64,000 nt of DNA from Candidatus Melainabacteria bacterium (GCA_023250195.1 JAHFBF010000001.1:273907-337906), one strand, 5' to 3'; shown: positions 1 through 12,636, counted from the stretch's first letter. Program-made: numbers and translations. The notes: a model not told the origin generated them from the sequence alone.

Positions 1-356
1 CGCTCCAAGTCCATCAGCATCAGAAGTATATTCAGGGGTTTCAAAAGAGACCTGTACATGGCTTTGAGCACCAAGGTTATATATCTCATCCGGCTGCACC
101 TGCTGTATTACACGAATCATATTAGTCGAATCCGTCATATCTCCATAATGTAAAAAGAATTTGCTTTCCGGATTATGAGGATCTTTATAAAGATGATCTA
201 TTCTTTCTGTATTAAAAAGAGAAGAACGTCTTTTTATCCCATGGACAATATATCCTTTACTTAAAAGCAATTCAGATAAGTATGCTCCATCCTGCCCTGT
301 AACGCCTGTAATTAATGCAACTTTTTGTCTCTGAATAGAATTATTATTTACAGTCA
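1..356 (-). CDS. gmd: GDP-mannose 4,6-dehydratase, N-terminal part (gene runs off the window start)
   Basis: Reverse complement of 1-356 translates without stops to ...[47 protein letters not shown]...[32 protein letters not shown]..., with the Gmd-type Rossmann GxxGxxG and downstream conserved block. It is absent from the ORF track because there is no stop inside the window. Confidence 0.65.
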
Positions 357-359
357 AAC

Positions 360-1838
360 TTACACTCCCGTTAAAGCTCTAAAAGCCTTCACATATTTTG
401 TAATATCCTTCATACGGGTAATTTTTTTTATGTTTCTATAGATTACACTTGGCTTCCTGTAATACTCTCTAAAAGCTTTTGCTAACAACTCCTGCATTCT
501 TTCTTTTCCAATTTGTGGGTTTACATAAACAGGATTTGAATAATCAACACAGCTATAATCTTTCCAGCTCATATTTTCTTTCAAGCCGCCATCTTCTTTT
601 GCCTGGGTTAGAAGATAAGATCCAGGATAAGGAACCGGTAAGAAAAATAATGCTGTTTCTGTAGCTAATTTCTTCGCAAAGCTAATAGTGTTTTCTGCAT
701 CTTCAACAGTTTCTCCCGGAAGTCCAAGAATATAGCTAGCCATAACCTGTATACCAAGCTTCTGGCAGTTTCTAATTTCCTGTTCATATTTATTTAAAAG
801 ATATGGTCTACCCTTTGGATCATTTGGATCAGCTTTAAATGCACTTGAGTAGGAAGCTTTTTTAATTAATTCAAGAGATTTTATATTTCCTGATTCAATA
901 CCAATCTGAATCATCCAACAGCCTGCTTTTTTCAGCTCACCTAAAAGCTCAAGATCTAATTGATCAGCTCTTGCATTACAGGCAAATGAAATTTTAAAGT
1001 CCTGATTTTGAAGCTCTTTAAGCAGCTTCATTATGAAATCTCTTCTTACTGTAAAAACACTGTCTAAGAAATAGATTCCTTTTGCACCATAATTTTCAAC
1101 AAGGTGCCTTATATTTTCTATTGCTCTTTCAACGCTAAGTGATCTGATTTTTCTGCCTAAAACAGCTCCATGATCACAATAAGTGCATTGGTAAGGACAG
1201 CCTCTTTGTAAAAGAATCGGATAGTTTGGAAGATCAACATATTGGGTTACATGAGGAACATATTTGTCCATTGGTACTTTGTGATAAGCAGGAAATGGCA
1301 ATACATCCAGGTCAGGGATTGGTGTTCGTGGAGTAGTATATTTTACTTTATTTTCTTCTTTACCCCAGTAAGCCAGACCATCTACCCCATGATAATCTTT
1401 ACCTTCCTGTAAACAATTTGCTAAATCAATAAATGTTTGTTCTCCTTCTCCAACTATTATTAAATCCGCATCAAGACATTCCTTTACAGTCTGCTCTGGA
1501 AGTGCCGTAGGATGAACCCCTCCAAGAACAATTAATGCATCAGGACAAACCTCTCTGGCAACCTTTGCAGAAGCAAAAGCATCCAGCGCAGAGTTAGTCA
1601 TGCAGGTAATTCCAATAAAGTCATATTTATTTTTTGAAAGGTGTTCTTTGAGATCAGCAATTTTATATTTTTCAACCAGACAATCCAGAACATCACAATG
1701 AAAACCTTTTTCTTCCATGTAATTTGCAATGTACATTATTCCAAGCGGGGGAACATAGCCACTTCCTTTTTTAAATCTCCCCCACATAACTTCATCTGAA
1801 ATTGGTGGCTGCAGAACTAATATTTTAATTTCTTTCAT
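360..1838 (-). CDS. B12-binding-domain radical SAM enzyme (class B)
   Basis: CPYQCTYC (CxxxCxxC) radical-SAM cluster motif follows an N-terminal cobalamin-binding-like domain. The stop abuts the gmd start. Confidence 0.75.
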   Translation of the reverse strand: MKEIKILVLQPPISDEVMWGRFKKGSGYVPPLGIMYIANYMEEKGFHCDVLDCLVEKYKIADLKEHLSKNKYDFIGITCMTNSALDAFASAKVAREVCPDALIVLGGVHPTALPEQTVKECLDADLIIVGEGEQTFIDLANCLQEGKDYHGVDGLAYWGKEENKVKYTTPRTPIPDLDVLPFPAYHKVPMDKYVPHVTQYVDLPNYPILLQRGCPYQCTYCDHGAVLGRKIRSLSVERAIENIRHLVENYGAKGIYFLDSVFTVRRDFIMKLLKELQNQDFKISFACNARADQLDLELLGELKKAGCWMIQIGIESGNIKSLELIKKASYSSAFKADPNDPKGRPYLLNKYEQEIRNCQKLGIQVMASYILGLPGETVEDAENTISFAKKLATETALFFLPVPYPGSYLLTQAKEDGGLKENMSWKDYSCVDYSNPVYVNPQIGKERMQELLAKAFREYYRKPSVIYRNIKKITRMKDITKYVKAFRALTGV

Positions 1839-2023
1839 AAGTATCTCTTTAGATTCTACTCCATTAGATATTACATATTTAGCAACAAGTTAAATTATAT
1901 TACAAGTAATTCTCCTAAACTATATTCAGGATTACTTATTACTTTATGTAGTTATGCAAGACGGAACCAAAGCTAAAGTGTTACTTCTTAACCTGCCATA
2001 CTGTTTACGCTATAATCTCTACT

Positions 2024-3967
2024 ATGTGCGGCATAGTAGGCATTTATAATTACACAACAAATGAACCGGCAAATAGGCAGATTTTAGAAAAGGCCACCTG
2101 GGCTATTGCTCATAGAGGTCCAGATGAGTTTGGTTATCATTTTGACGATAAAAATGGAGTGGCTTTAGGGAGCAGAAGACTAAGCATCATTGATTTAAGC
2201 ACAGGTAAACAACCTCTCTTTAACGAAGACAACTCAATTTCATTAGTGGGTAATGGAGAAATTTATAATTTTCCGGACCTCTTTGAAGAATTAACATCAA
2301 AAGGACATAAGTTTAAAACAAGATCCGATAATGAAGCAATAATTCATCTCTACGAAATATACGGTACAAAGTGTGTCGAGCATTTAAATGGAATGTTTGC
2401 ATTTGCCTTGTGGGATGAAAATAAAAAACTTTTATTTATTGCCAGAGACAGAATGGGAGTAAAGCCTCTGTATTATGCCCTCCAGAATAATTCTATTTAT
2501 TTTTGTTCAGAACTAAAGGGTTTACTTGCAATTCCTGAAATAAAAAGAGAGTTAAACCCGGAAGCATTAAATAAATATCTTACTTTTGAAAATATTCCTT
2601 CTCCACACTCTATTATTAAAAACATCTTCAAGCTTGAAGCCGGAAATATTTTAACCATTCAAAATGGACATATTAAAAAAGAGCAGTATTGGGATTTGCC
2701 ACTTGATCTTCCAAAATTAAAAATAACCGAGGAAGAGGCTGTTGAAGAATTTGAAAGATTATTCAGTCAATCTGTCAAAAGACGCTTGTTAAGTGATGTT
2801 CCTGTAGGAGTCTTTTTAAGCGGTGGAATTGATTCCAGTCTTGTGGCAAAGTTTATGGCAGAACACTCCAGCGATAAAATTAGAACATTTTCAATTGGTT
2901 TCCATGAGAAATCTTTTGATGAATCAAAAATTGCAATGAAATTCGCAAAAGAGTTAAACAGCGAACATAATCAGTTTCTATTTGACTCTAAAGAATGTTT
3001 AAATTTAATCCCTAATTTAGCTTCTCTTGTAGATGAACCACTCTCTGACGCTTCAATATTACCTACTTACTTTCTGTCACATTTCGCTTCCAAACAATTA
3101 AAAGTCTGCCTTGGAGGAGATGGTGGTGATGAACTTTTCGCCGGGTACCAGATATTTCCAGTTCATAAATTAATAGGACTTTATGATATTATTCCACGTG
3201 AGCTTAAAAAGCTGCTTTTATTTATGGCAAATAAAATGCCGCCAAGAGAAACTTATTTAAGTTTTCCATTTGTACTAAAGCAGTTTTTAAGGGGTGCAGG
3301 ATTATCGACAGAATTTAGAATGTTTGCCTGGATGGGAGCTTATCTGGATAATGAGAAAAAACAATTATTAAACCCTAATATTCAAGACATGATCAATGAA
3401 AACACTTTTGAAGATGTAAGAAATCATCTGAGTAAGAAATTTATTTCTACTGATGAAGATAGAATGCTTTATTTAATTTCAAAACTTTATTTAACAGATG
3501 ACGTGTTGGTAAAAGTAGACAGAGCAAGCATGTTCACAAGTCTTGAAGTCAGAGCACCATTTTTAGATTACACAATTCAGGACTTTGTAGCACAGCTTCC
3601 TTATGACTTAAAGCTAAGCAGATTGACTTCCAAATACCTGCTTAAAAAAATGGCCAAAAAACATATTCCAAATTACATAATAAACAGAAAAAAGCAGGGC
3701 TTTGCAATACCTGTCACTAAATGGCTCAAGCATGAATTAAAAGACACCCTACTACACTACACAAGCAAAAGTTATATCGATAACCAGGGTTTATTTAATC
3801 ATGACTTTATAGAAAAAATTGTGCAAAACCACTTAAACGAGACCTGGGATAATAAAAAACTTTTATGGAATCTTTTAGTTTTTCAAATTTGGTATGAAAA
3901 ATATAAACCGTCTATTGGAAGTATCGGTGAAACTAAGCCAGATAAAGGATTAACAGTTAGAGTTTAA
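2024..3967 (+). CDS. asnB: asparagine synthetase (glutamine-hydrolysing) family amidotransferase
   Basis: N-terminal MCGIVG (Cys2 nucleophile of class II GATase) and SGGIDSS PP-loop; 647 aa. Confidence 0.8.
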   Translation: MCGIVGIYNYTTNEPANRQILEKATWAIAHRGPDEFGYHFDDKNGVALGSRRLSIIDLSTGKQPLFNEDNSISLVGNGEIYNFPDLFEELTSKGHKFKTRSDNEAIIHLYEIYGTKCVEHLNGMFAFALWDENKKLLFIARDRMGVKPLYYALQNNSIYFCSELKGLLAIPEIKRELNPEALNKYLTFENIPSPHSIIKNIFKLEAGNILTIQNGHIKKEQYWDLPLDLPKLKITEEEAVEEFERLFSQSVKRRLLSDVPVGVFLSGGIDSSLVAKFMAEHSSDKIRTFSIGFHEKSFDESKIAMKFAKELNSEHNQFLFDSKECLNLIPNLASLVDEPLSDASILPTYFLSHFASKQLKVCLGGDGGDELFAGYQIFPVHKLIGLYDIIPRELKKLLLFMANKMPPRETYLSFPFVLKQFLRGAGLSTEFRMFAWMGAYLDNEKKQLLNPNIQDMINENTFEDVRNHLSKKFISTDEDRMLYLISKLYLTDDVLVKVDRASMFTSLEVRAPFLDYTIQDFVAQLPYDLKLSRLTSKYLLKKMAKKHIPNYIINRKKQGFAIPVTKWLKHELKDTLLHYTSKSYIDNQGLFNHDFIEKIVQNHLNETWDNKKLLWNLLVFQIWYEKYKPSIGSIGETKPDKGLTVRV

Positions 3968-3973
3968 ATCAGC

Positions 3974-4060
3974 ATGTCATTCCCGCAAAAGCGGGAATCC
4001 AGTTGTGATCCATAAGCATTATTAAAACTGGATTCCCTGGTCAAGCCAGGGAATGACATC
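3974..4060. repeat. Family-C palindromic MITE-like element (GTCATTCCCGC...GCGGGAATGAC termini), copy 1, in a convergent intergenic gap
   Basis: catgtcattcccgcaaaagcgggaatccag ... ctggattccctggtcaagccagggaatgacatc. A second copy lies at 47503-47588. Confidence 0.7.
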
Positions 4061-4070
4061 TTCAACTTTT

Positions 4071-5876
4071 CTAAATCCCACCACTCTTATTCTGTGAATT
4101 TAAAATTACAAACTTTTCAAAATCAACTGGTTGCCCAAATAAAAAGTTTAATCCAAACTGTGTCTGCTGTCTTAGTGCATCCCAATTTACAAGCATTTTA
4201 AAATCTTTTGGACCGACCTTTGCCCTGACTTGTCTTTCTATAACTTCCTGTACTTGTAAATTATATGTTCCATAACCACCAAGTGTAATCCACTCAGAAA
4301 GCTTTACATCACCATCCAGTGAAACACTCTGCATACCCTGAATATATTGATCATAAAATAATGGTGATTTCCCCCTTACATAGCCCTGATCATATCCAAG
4401 TCCAAATGAAACCGGTCCCAGTTTATTATCCAGTACAGGACCACCGGTAAATATTCCCTGAAAGTCACCTGTTGAATAAGCTCTAAAAGCATTTCTCGTC
4501 CTGAATCTTAAAGCAGTATTATATTTTTCTGTTCCCAGTTTAAATACCGGTTTACTGATAAGGGTAATTTGTTCTTCAGCTTTAAAAGCACTGTTTTTAA
4601 AATCTTTTGGATTCCCTGCATCATTTAGAAAGTTTTTATATTTTGTTGGTAAAATTCCCGGGCTGCTTTGAACCCAGGAACTTGCTGATCTGAAGTTAAC
4701 ACCACCTTCAGTAACCTTATTAAGGAAAGAATTTCTCCATTTCCTCCGATCTACAAGCCCAACATTAATCTGTGCAAGAGTACTTCCTAAGAAGCCTTCA
4801 TCAAGATAGTAATTATAAGCTGTACGAAACTCAGTTTTATTCCCAAAAAGTTTTTGTCTGAACTGACCTATAAAACGCTGTTTTAGAGAACCATAGGAAA
4901 GTTGCAAAGTTGTTGTTGGTCCATAAAAACCAAGCATACCTCCATATCCCGGCGAACCACCTGAACCAATTTGTGCAAAAGGAGAAAAAGAGAGAATATG
5001 ATAATCTGTAACATTAAGATTAAAAGCAGGTCCAATTGCAAATCCACCAAGAGCCCCCTGTGTACCAAGGGTAGGCGCAATAAGTGGGGCAGTTCTAACA
5101 TTTGGGTCTGAATTTACTGTCGTAGTAAATTTCGGCTCAGCAGGCAATGAAAAATTTTGAAAGTGTACTCTTCCACCATACACAGTTAAATTATTAACTG
5201 CTTTACTTTGATCATAGACAATTTTTTCTGCAGTTACTCTGTACTTTACATTCTTTGAAACATCATCCCATCCCGGGGCCTTCCTTGCAGCTCTTGAAGC
5301 CTGAAGACTATAAAATGTTCTGGGGTGAATCCTTGCACCAAATCCCTGTGCTACACGAACAGGTTCTTCAAGTTTTAATCTTCCATGCTCATATTCGATC
5401 TGACTATCAGGCAGACTGGCAACTGTTCTTGCTTTGATTACTGCACCTTTGATCAGAGTAAACGGTTTTGTCAACAGATACTTGTTTGAAGTAACATCAA
5501 ATTTAAATGACTCTCCACTTGTAACAATATTATCCCTGGTGATTTTTACATTGCCTTTTGCTTCTACATGCTGATCGCCACCGTAATAAGTAATCTCATC
5601 AGCTTCCAGTTTTGCGTTTTGTTCAACAATGTGAGCTGTTGACATCCCGGAAGTTATATAAACATTTGATTCGTGATCATATTCAACATTGTCACCTTCA
5701 AGCTCTAAATAAACAGCTTTTGCTTTTAGAGGATCGGATGATTGAGAATTAAGGTTTGAGGACTTAATAGTTTTTTTTGACTGTTTGTGAAAAGGATTCT
5801 TTAAAATGCTTGCATTTGCCTGCAAAGCAAATAAAAGACCAACTGTAATAACTAAGATTAAATAATATTTTTTCAT
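4071..5876 (-). CDS. lptD: LptD-like outer-membrane LPS-assembly protein (OstA-like N-domain plus beta-barrel)
   Basis: Signal peptide; N-terminal OstA/LptA-like jellyroll pattern (...AKLEADEITYYGGDQHVEAKGNVKITRDNIVTSGESFKFD...); long C-terminal barrel-like region. Short for LptD at 601 aa, so the call is tentative. Confidence 0.5.
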   Translation of the reverse strand: MKKYYLILVITVGLLFALQANASILKNPFHKQSKKTIKSSNLNSQSSDPLKAKAVYLELEGDNVEYDHESNVYITSGMSTAHIVEQNAKLEADEITYYGGDQHVEAKGNVKITRDNIVTSGESFKFDVTSNKYLLTKPFTLIKGAVIKARTVASLPDSQIEYEHGRLKLEEPVRVAQGFGARIHPRTFYSLQASRAARKAPGWDDVSKNVKYRVTAEKIVYDQSKAVNNLTVYGGRVHFQNFSLPAEPKFTTTVNSDPNVRTAPLIAPTLGTQGALGGFAIGPAFNLNVTDYHILSFSPFAQIGSGGSPGYGGMLGFYGPTTTLQLSYGSLKQRFIGQFRQKLFGNKTEFRTAYNYYLDEGFLGSTLAQINVGLVDRRKWRNSFLNKVTEGGVNFRSASSWVQSSPGILPTKYKNFLNDAGNPKDFKNSAFKAEEQITLISKPVFKLGTEKYNTALRFRTRNAFRAYSTGDFQGIFTGGPVLDNKLGPVSFGLGYDQGYVRGKSPLFYDQYIQGMQSVSLDGDVKLSEWITLGGYGTYNLQVQEVIERQVRAKVGPKDFKMLVNWDALRQQTQFGLNFLFGQPVDFEKFVILNSQNKSGGI

Positions 5877-5968
5877 AAAACCTATTAATAATTATATATT
5901 GTTAGACGTTAAGGAAATAATTCTGCCTAGAGACTAGATTAATCGCGTCTCTACGTTAATATACTCTT

Positions 5969-7162
5969 ATGCACCTAAAGAAACTAAAACTAGTTAACTA
6001 TAGAAATTACCTGGATTTTGAGGGTAAATTTCATCACTTAAAAACAATTATTATTGGCCAAAACGCTCAGGGAAAAACAAATATACTGGAAGCAATAAAT
6101 ATTCTTGCAACTGCTCAGTCAGACCGGGCAGAAAAAGACAATGATCTTGTTTACTGGAATAAAGAACATGCTCTGCTTTTTGCAACAGTAGGTGCAGGTC
6201 GGGACCTGCACCTACTGGAGATTGCACTGCAAATAAATTCAAGCGGCAGAAGAAAATTAAAAATAAATGACATAGCAAAAAAAGCTCCTCAGGCAGATTT
6301 GCTTGGAAACTTTTTTGCAGTAATGTTTTCCTGTGATGATCTTTATCTTATAAAAGGTTCCCCATCAATTAGAAGAAACTGGTTAGACTCTGTCATTTTT
6401 CAACTGGATTCAAAATACCACAGGACAATGCAGAGTTACCAAAAATCGATCACACAAAAAAACGCTCTTTTAAAAAATGCAAGAGAAATCGGAATGTCAA
6501 GAAAAACGCTAAAAGAACAGCTTGAAATCTGGAATGAGCAAATAATAAATTCAGGCTCAGACGTACTAAGCACTCGGCTGGATTTTATAAAAGAAATTAG
6601 ACCGATTGCAAAAGACTTTCAGGACAACATCTCCAAGCATACAGAAGCCCTGGATTTGATTTACAAATCTACCATTGAAACAGATAAAAATGTCATTGCC
6701 AGGAGCCAAAGCCACGAGCAAAGCGCGGCAGTCAGTGACAAGGAGACATTAAAAACTCAATTTAAAAAAGCCTTGGACAATTCTTTCGATGAAGAGCTTG
6801 CAAGAGGTCAATCTGTTATTGGTCCTCATAGAGACGATCTGATTTTTTTAATTAATGAAAAAGAGGCAAAATCATTTGCAAGTCAGGGACAACAAAGATC
6901 AATCGTTCTTGCTATAAAACTTGCAGAGTTAAAAATAATTGAAAAAAGAAAAGACGAAATTCCTGTTTTACTTTTGGATGATGTATTTGCCGAACTTGAT
7001 GAAAGCAGGCAGGATTTTTTACTTCACAATTTACCTAAAAACATACAAACATTTCTTACTACTACACACCTGAGTAATATTCAAAAAGAGTTTCTTAAAG
7101 GAGCACAAATACTTGAAATTAAAAATGGACAGGTCGTAGAAAACGCAGAGTGCCGTATATAG
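5969..7162 (+). CDS. recF: DNA replication and repair protein RecF
   Basis: Walker A GQNAQGKTN; RecF-type N-terminus MHLKKLKLVNYRNY; ABC signature region; sits in the recF - DUF721 - gyrB order. Confidence 0.9.
   Translation: MHLKKLKLVNYRNYLDFEGKFHHLKTIIIGQNAQGKTNILEAINILATAQSDRAEKDNDLVYWNKEHALLFATVGAGRDLHLLEIALQINSSGRRKLKINDIAKKAPQADLLGNFFAVMFSCDDLYLIKGSPSIRRNWLDSVIFQLDSKYHRTMQSYQKSITQKNALLKNAREIGMSRKTLKEQLEIWNEQIINSGSDVLSTRLDFIKEIRPIAKDFQDNISKHTEALDLIYKSTIETDKNVIARSQSHEQSAAVSDKETLKTQFKKALDNSFDEELARGQSVIGPHRDDLIFLINEKEAKSFASQGQQRSIVLAIKLAELKIIEKRKDEIPVLLLDDVFAELDESRQDFLLHNLPKNIQTFLTTTHLSNIQKEFLKGAQILEIKNGQVVENAECRI
6187..6216. repeat. Family-P short GC-rich palindrome (agtaggtgcaggtc gg gacctgcacctact) inside the recF coding sequence, in frame (encodes VGAGRDLHLL)
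   Basis: 14-bp perfect arms, 30 nt total, inside an otherwise AT-rich gene. Near-identical to the palindrome at 58611-58637. Confidence 0.75.
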
Positions 7163-7209
7163 CAGTAGGGGCACCGATGTGTCAGCCCTGAAGAAAATGT
7201 AAATCAAAA

Positions 7210-7536
7210 ATGCCAGATCTAAATAAAAAAACCAGAAGAGGAAACTTAACAAAAATCGGGGAAATTATTCCGGCGATAAAAGAGAATTTGGGGCTTGAAA
7301 AAAGTTTAAAAATTACAGCCCTAAAAGAGCTCTGGCCTTTAGTAACCAGTTTTGAAATTGCAAAATACAGTCAGCCAGCCTATTTTGATAATGAAGAAAA
7401 TCTGGTCATTGCAGTAAAAAGTGGACCACTTGCAACAGAATTATCCATGCATAAAATAGGCATTTTAGCGCAATTAAAAGAAGCTATTAAAAATACAGAT
7501 ATTACATTTAAAGATATTAGGTTTATAAACAGATAA
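7210..7536 (+). CDS. DUF721 (DciA-like) small protein
   Basis: 108 aa; conserved position between recF and gyrB; ...WPLV...LVIAVKSGPLATELS pattern. Confidence 0.55.
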   Translation: MPDLNKKTRRGNLTKIGEIIPAIKENLGLEKSLKITALKELWPLVTSFEIAKYSQPAYFDNEENLVIAVKSGPLATELSMHKIGILAQLKEAIKNTDITFKDIRFINR

Positions 7537-7605
7537 ATTCATAGACACAAATACATCATATATACCAGTTTTTAACTGGTAGTATTCTAATGTTATAAAT
7601 GCTAG

Positions 7606-9648
<2,043 letters not shown>

Positions 9649-9760
9649 ATTTTTCTGGCTGCTCACTATTGCAATTAAATACTCTCTAAGATATACTTTC
9701 TTTTAATTGTATACAAAATGTAAGCCGCAAACAACGTTATAAAGTTGTAATTTTATATAA

Positions 9761-10387
9761 ATGTCTCATGAAATCTCACTTAGAGCTCTCAGTATCCTAG
9801 CTGTCAAGCTTAGAGCATTTGAGGTTACTAACAGACCCAGACTAATTCGCAGTGCAACTAGCATAGATTCAGATTATTCTCCTCGAGTTAGACAAGCTGC
9901 AATACTGGCTATACTAGATAGCGGCAAAGTTGAAGAAAACGAAGTACTGGATTTATTTTCCATTATTAAGGATCCTGAAAATCATTTTCCAATCCTGGGA
10001 AATGATGACAATGCTAAAACAAATAATCTGGTTTTAAAAGTTGACGCTGCAGTAGCAATTGTGAAATTTGCACTGAAACACACAACTTTTAAAGATATAA
10101 GAGCTGAATTTATATCTGAACTTGGAAGCATTTTAGATTCAATGGAAAAAGATGAATTATTCAAAAGCTTACATACAAAATTAACCAGTGATAAATTACC
10201 AAAAAGAAATCTTGCTGAATTTGAAAACTATTATTGGGGTGGATTCAAAAGCCTTCTAGCTACCTTATACATAGCTGAAAAAGAACTATTGACAGACGAA
10301 ACTTTATCTTCTCACTACTTTGAAAAATATACAGGTCTCATAGATAAAAAAGACATACTACTCGGTATAAACTTTAAAGAAATTTGA
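9761..10387 (+). CDS. hypothetical protein (HEAT-like helical repeats?)
   Basis: 208-aa ORF with no recognisable catalytic motif. Confidence 0.4.
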   Translation: MSHEISLRALSILAVKLRAFEVTNRPRLIRSATSIDSDYSPRVRQAAILAILDSGKVEENEVLDLFSIIKDPENHFPILGNDDNAKTNNLVLKVDAAVAIVKFALKHTTFKDIRAEFISELGSILDSMEKDELFKSLHTKLTSDKLPKRNLAEFENYYWGGFKSLLATLYIAEKELLTDETLSSHYFEKYTGLIDKKDILLGINFKEI

Positions 10388-10519
10388 AATTGTTAATCCT
10401 TATAGCTTATAAAGCAGTTTCATAACAGCATATTTAATAACTACTCTTGTTCTTTTTCACCAAATTTAGGACAATGAGTCTGTTATCCCTAACATTTTTA
10501 TTCAAGAAAGGTCATATAA

Positions 10520-11524
10520 ATGGTAGAAACTTTAATAAGAAAAGAAGTAAGTGAGAATCCTTTATTAACACAAATGAACGGAAAAAGAGCAGTAAAAATA
10601 TTTTCAGGCCGTGCAAATATCCCTCTTTCAAAAGAAATTTGTGAATATTTAAAATTACCTCTTGGAAAAATAAATATAACCCCATTTTCAGATGGCGAAC
10701 TTTATGTACAAATTGAAGAGAGTGTGAGAGGCTGCGATGTCTTTTTAATTCAGCCTACCTGTCCTCCGGTTAATGAAAATATAATGGAACTGCTGATTGT
10801 TCTTGATGCTCTTAAGAGAGCAAGTGCAGAAAAGATCACTATTGTTATTCCTTATTATGGTTATGGCAGACAGGATCGGAAAGCTGCCGGTCGTGAACCT
10901 ATTACTGCAAAGCTGGTTGCTGATTTACTCTGTAATTCAGGCACCACAAGAATACTTGCACTTGATTTACATGCTACACAGATAATGGGATTTTTTGATG
11001 TTCTTGTAGATCATCTTTTTGCTACCCCTGTTCTTGTAAAACACATAGAATCACTTAATTTAAAAGATATTGTAGTAGTAAGCCCTGATGTAGGCGGTGT
11101 TACAAGAGCACGTGCTTTTGCAAAAAAACTAAATGCTCCAATTGCAATTCTTGATAAAAGAAGACCCATAGATAAACGCAATACTGTTGAAGTCATTAAT
11201 ATTATCGGGGAAATCAAAGGTAAAAGCTGCATCATGGTAGATGACATGATCGATACAGCAGGAACTATTACTCAGGGAGCTGAACTACTTGTAAAAGAAG
11301 GTGCAAAAGAAGTTTTAGCATGCTCTACTCATGCTGTTTTATCAGGACCAGCAAAAGAAAGAATAGATAAATCTCCTATAAGCACATTAATAGTTACAAA
11401 TTCTATCCAGATCCCAAAAGAAAAGGCACCAAAGAAACTAAAGGTCTTAAGTGTAGCTCCACTGCTTGCAGAAGCTATAAAGAGAATTCACCTTGATGAT
11501 TCCGTAAGTGAAATGTTTGCCTGA
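10520..11524 (+). CDS. prs: ribose-phosphate pyrophosphokinase
   Basis: PRPP synthetase motifs (DLHA, VVSPDVGGV, MVDDMIDTAGT). Confidence 0.9.
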   Translation: MVETLIRKEVSENPLLTQMNGKRAVKIFSGRANIPLSKEICEYLKLPLGKINITPFSDGELYVQIEESVRGCDVFLIQPTCPPVNENIMELLIVLDALKRASAEKITIVIPYYGYGRQDRKAAGREPITAKLVADLLCNSGTTRILALDLHATQIMGFFDVLVDHLFATPVLVKHIESLNLKDIVVVSPDVGGVTRARAFAKKLNAPIAILDKRRPIDKRNTVEVINIIGEIKGKSCIMVDDMIDTAGTITQGAELLVKEGAKEVLACSTHAVLSGPAKERIDKSPISTLIVTNSIQIPKEKAPKKLKVLSVAPLLAEAIKRIHLDDSVSEMFA

Positions 11525-11535
11525 CAGTTCTTAAA

Positions 11536-12348
11536 ATGGAAATAAAGCATAAAACCATTCCTTTAATATTTCTAATATTACTTTCTTATTCAAATTTAGG
11601 AACTTATATAAAAAAAGAGCTGGATACTGAAGAACAGAGTAGACCTCCAGAAGTAAGAAGATATGATACTGCAATTCCACAACAAATAATTATTCCCGAC
11701 CAACAACAAAATCAAAGAGATGCTTTACTTCTTAGAGAAGAAATTTCAAACTTAAAAAAAGAATTGCAGGAGCAAAAAGAATTAATAAGAACACAAGGCG
11801 GTACAACCACACAGCTTTTACAAAAAAACATTGATCTTACAAATGATCAAGCAAGGATAATTTCAGATTTAATAATGGACACCACTGTAATTCTTCAAGG
11901 ATTTGCAAATTCCACCAGACTCTTTATAGATCTCCAGAAGAAGTACAAAGATGCTTTTATATTTAATAAAGGTGGAAAACCTTATGCCTATATTGATTTT
12001 CCTGAGCTGAAGATATATGAATATGCCACTGGCAATCTTCTCGGTTGGATTAATTCAGACACAAATGAAATTATTAGAAATTATGATGGTTCAATAATTG
12101 CAACAATAGAAAATGATTTTTTAATTGATGACAAAGGTTCACCAATAGGATCAATAGAAAGATCAGAAACTCTCAAATGGGAGCGGGAAAAACTCACGAC
12201 ACAAAAGACTCCCGGATCTCATTTTTTTGTAATGGCAGTGGCTCCACAACAATTTATACAAACAAAATTCAGAACAAGCGATTGGTCTACACAAAAAATA
12301 GAGGATGTTTTGTTTTTCTCTGAAAAGAATGTACAAAAGCTAAAATGA
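11536..12348 (+). CDS. hypothetical secreted protein with coiled coil
   Basis: N-terminal hydrophobic segment, Q-rich coiled-coil region; 270 aa. Confidence 0.4.
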   Translation: MEIKHKTIPLIFLILLSYSNLGTYIKKELDTEEQSRPPEVRRYDTAIPQQIIIPDQQQNQRDALLLREEISNLKKELQEQKELIRTQGGTTTQLLQKNIDLTNDQARIISDLIMDTTVILQGFANSTRLFIDLQKKYKDAFIFNKGGKPYAYIDFPELKIYEYATGNLLGWINSDTNEIIRNYDGSIIATIENDFLIDDKGSPIGSIERSETLKWEREKLTTQKTPGSHFFVMAVAPQQFIQTKFRTSDWSTQKIEDVLFFSEKNVQKLK

Positions 12349-12380
12349 GTCTTATAAGCTATAATAAATAAGAATCAAAT

Positions 12381-12407
12381 CCTGATTCTCTGATCTCTGA
12401 TTCACGC
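12381..12407. repeat. CTGATYTCTGA-type short tandem motif upstream of tRNA-Val
   Basis: cctgattctctgatctctgattcacgc. Related motif copies flank the four-helix-bundle gene (16483-16515, 16921-16949) and lie 5' of tRNA-Pro (32815-32850). Confidence 0.5.
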
Positions 12408-12510
12408 TAAATATAAAGCGAAGAATGTTCGTAAGCGACATTCTGAGCGTGTGAAGTAAAACAAAAAATAGCAAGGCGTCTGCGTAGCAGCGCCGAAGCG
12501 TTATAAAAAA

Positions 12511-12582
12511 GGGCAGTTGGCTCAGTGGTAGAGCACCTCGTTTACACCGAGGGGGTCAGGGGTTCAAATCCCTTACTGCCCA
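12511..12582 (+). tRNA. tRNA-Val (anticodon TAC)
   Basis: GGGCAGT acceptor stem pairing with ACTGCCC, D arm GCTCAGTGGTAGAGC, anticodon loop TTTACAC, TTCAAAT T-loop, discriminator A. Confidence 0.9.
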
Positions 12583-12636
12583 AGTTCATTTTATAGGTTC
12601 AGACAAGCTGAACCTTCCTTCTGTCAAATCTCTCAC

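Noticed and set aside
479-664. Short ORFs antisense to, or nested within, long well-supported genes. Examples: 479-664, 4883-5101, 5255-5437, 6051-6278, 7031-7252, 9274-9644, 9982-10164, 10797-11247, 14348-14594, 14737-15243, 15926-16172, 16979-17197, 25727-26017, 26489-26798, 27085-27348, 29824-30036, 33302-34217, 35617-36475, 43075-43296, 44356-44649, 45311-45574, 46374-47468, 48598-48804, 53506-53817, 54227-54412, 55177-55449, 55903-56145, 56407-56664, 57875-58084, 58718-58936, 59569-59751, 60284-60475, 61207-61494.
   Set aside because: They overlap conserved coding sequence on the other strand or frame and have low-complexity translations typical of chance ORFs in AT-rich DNA.
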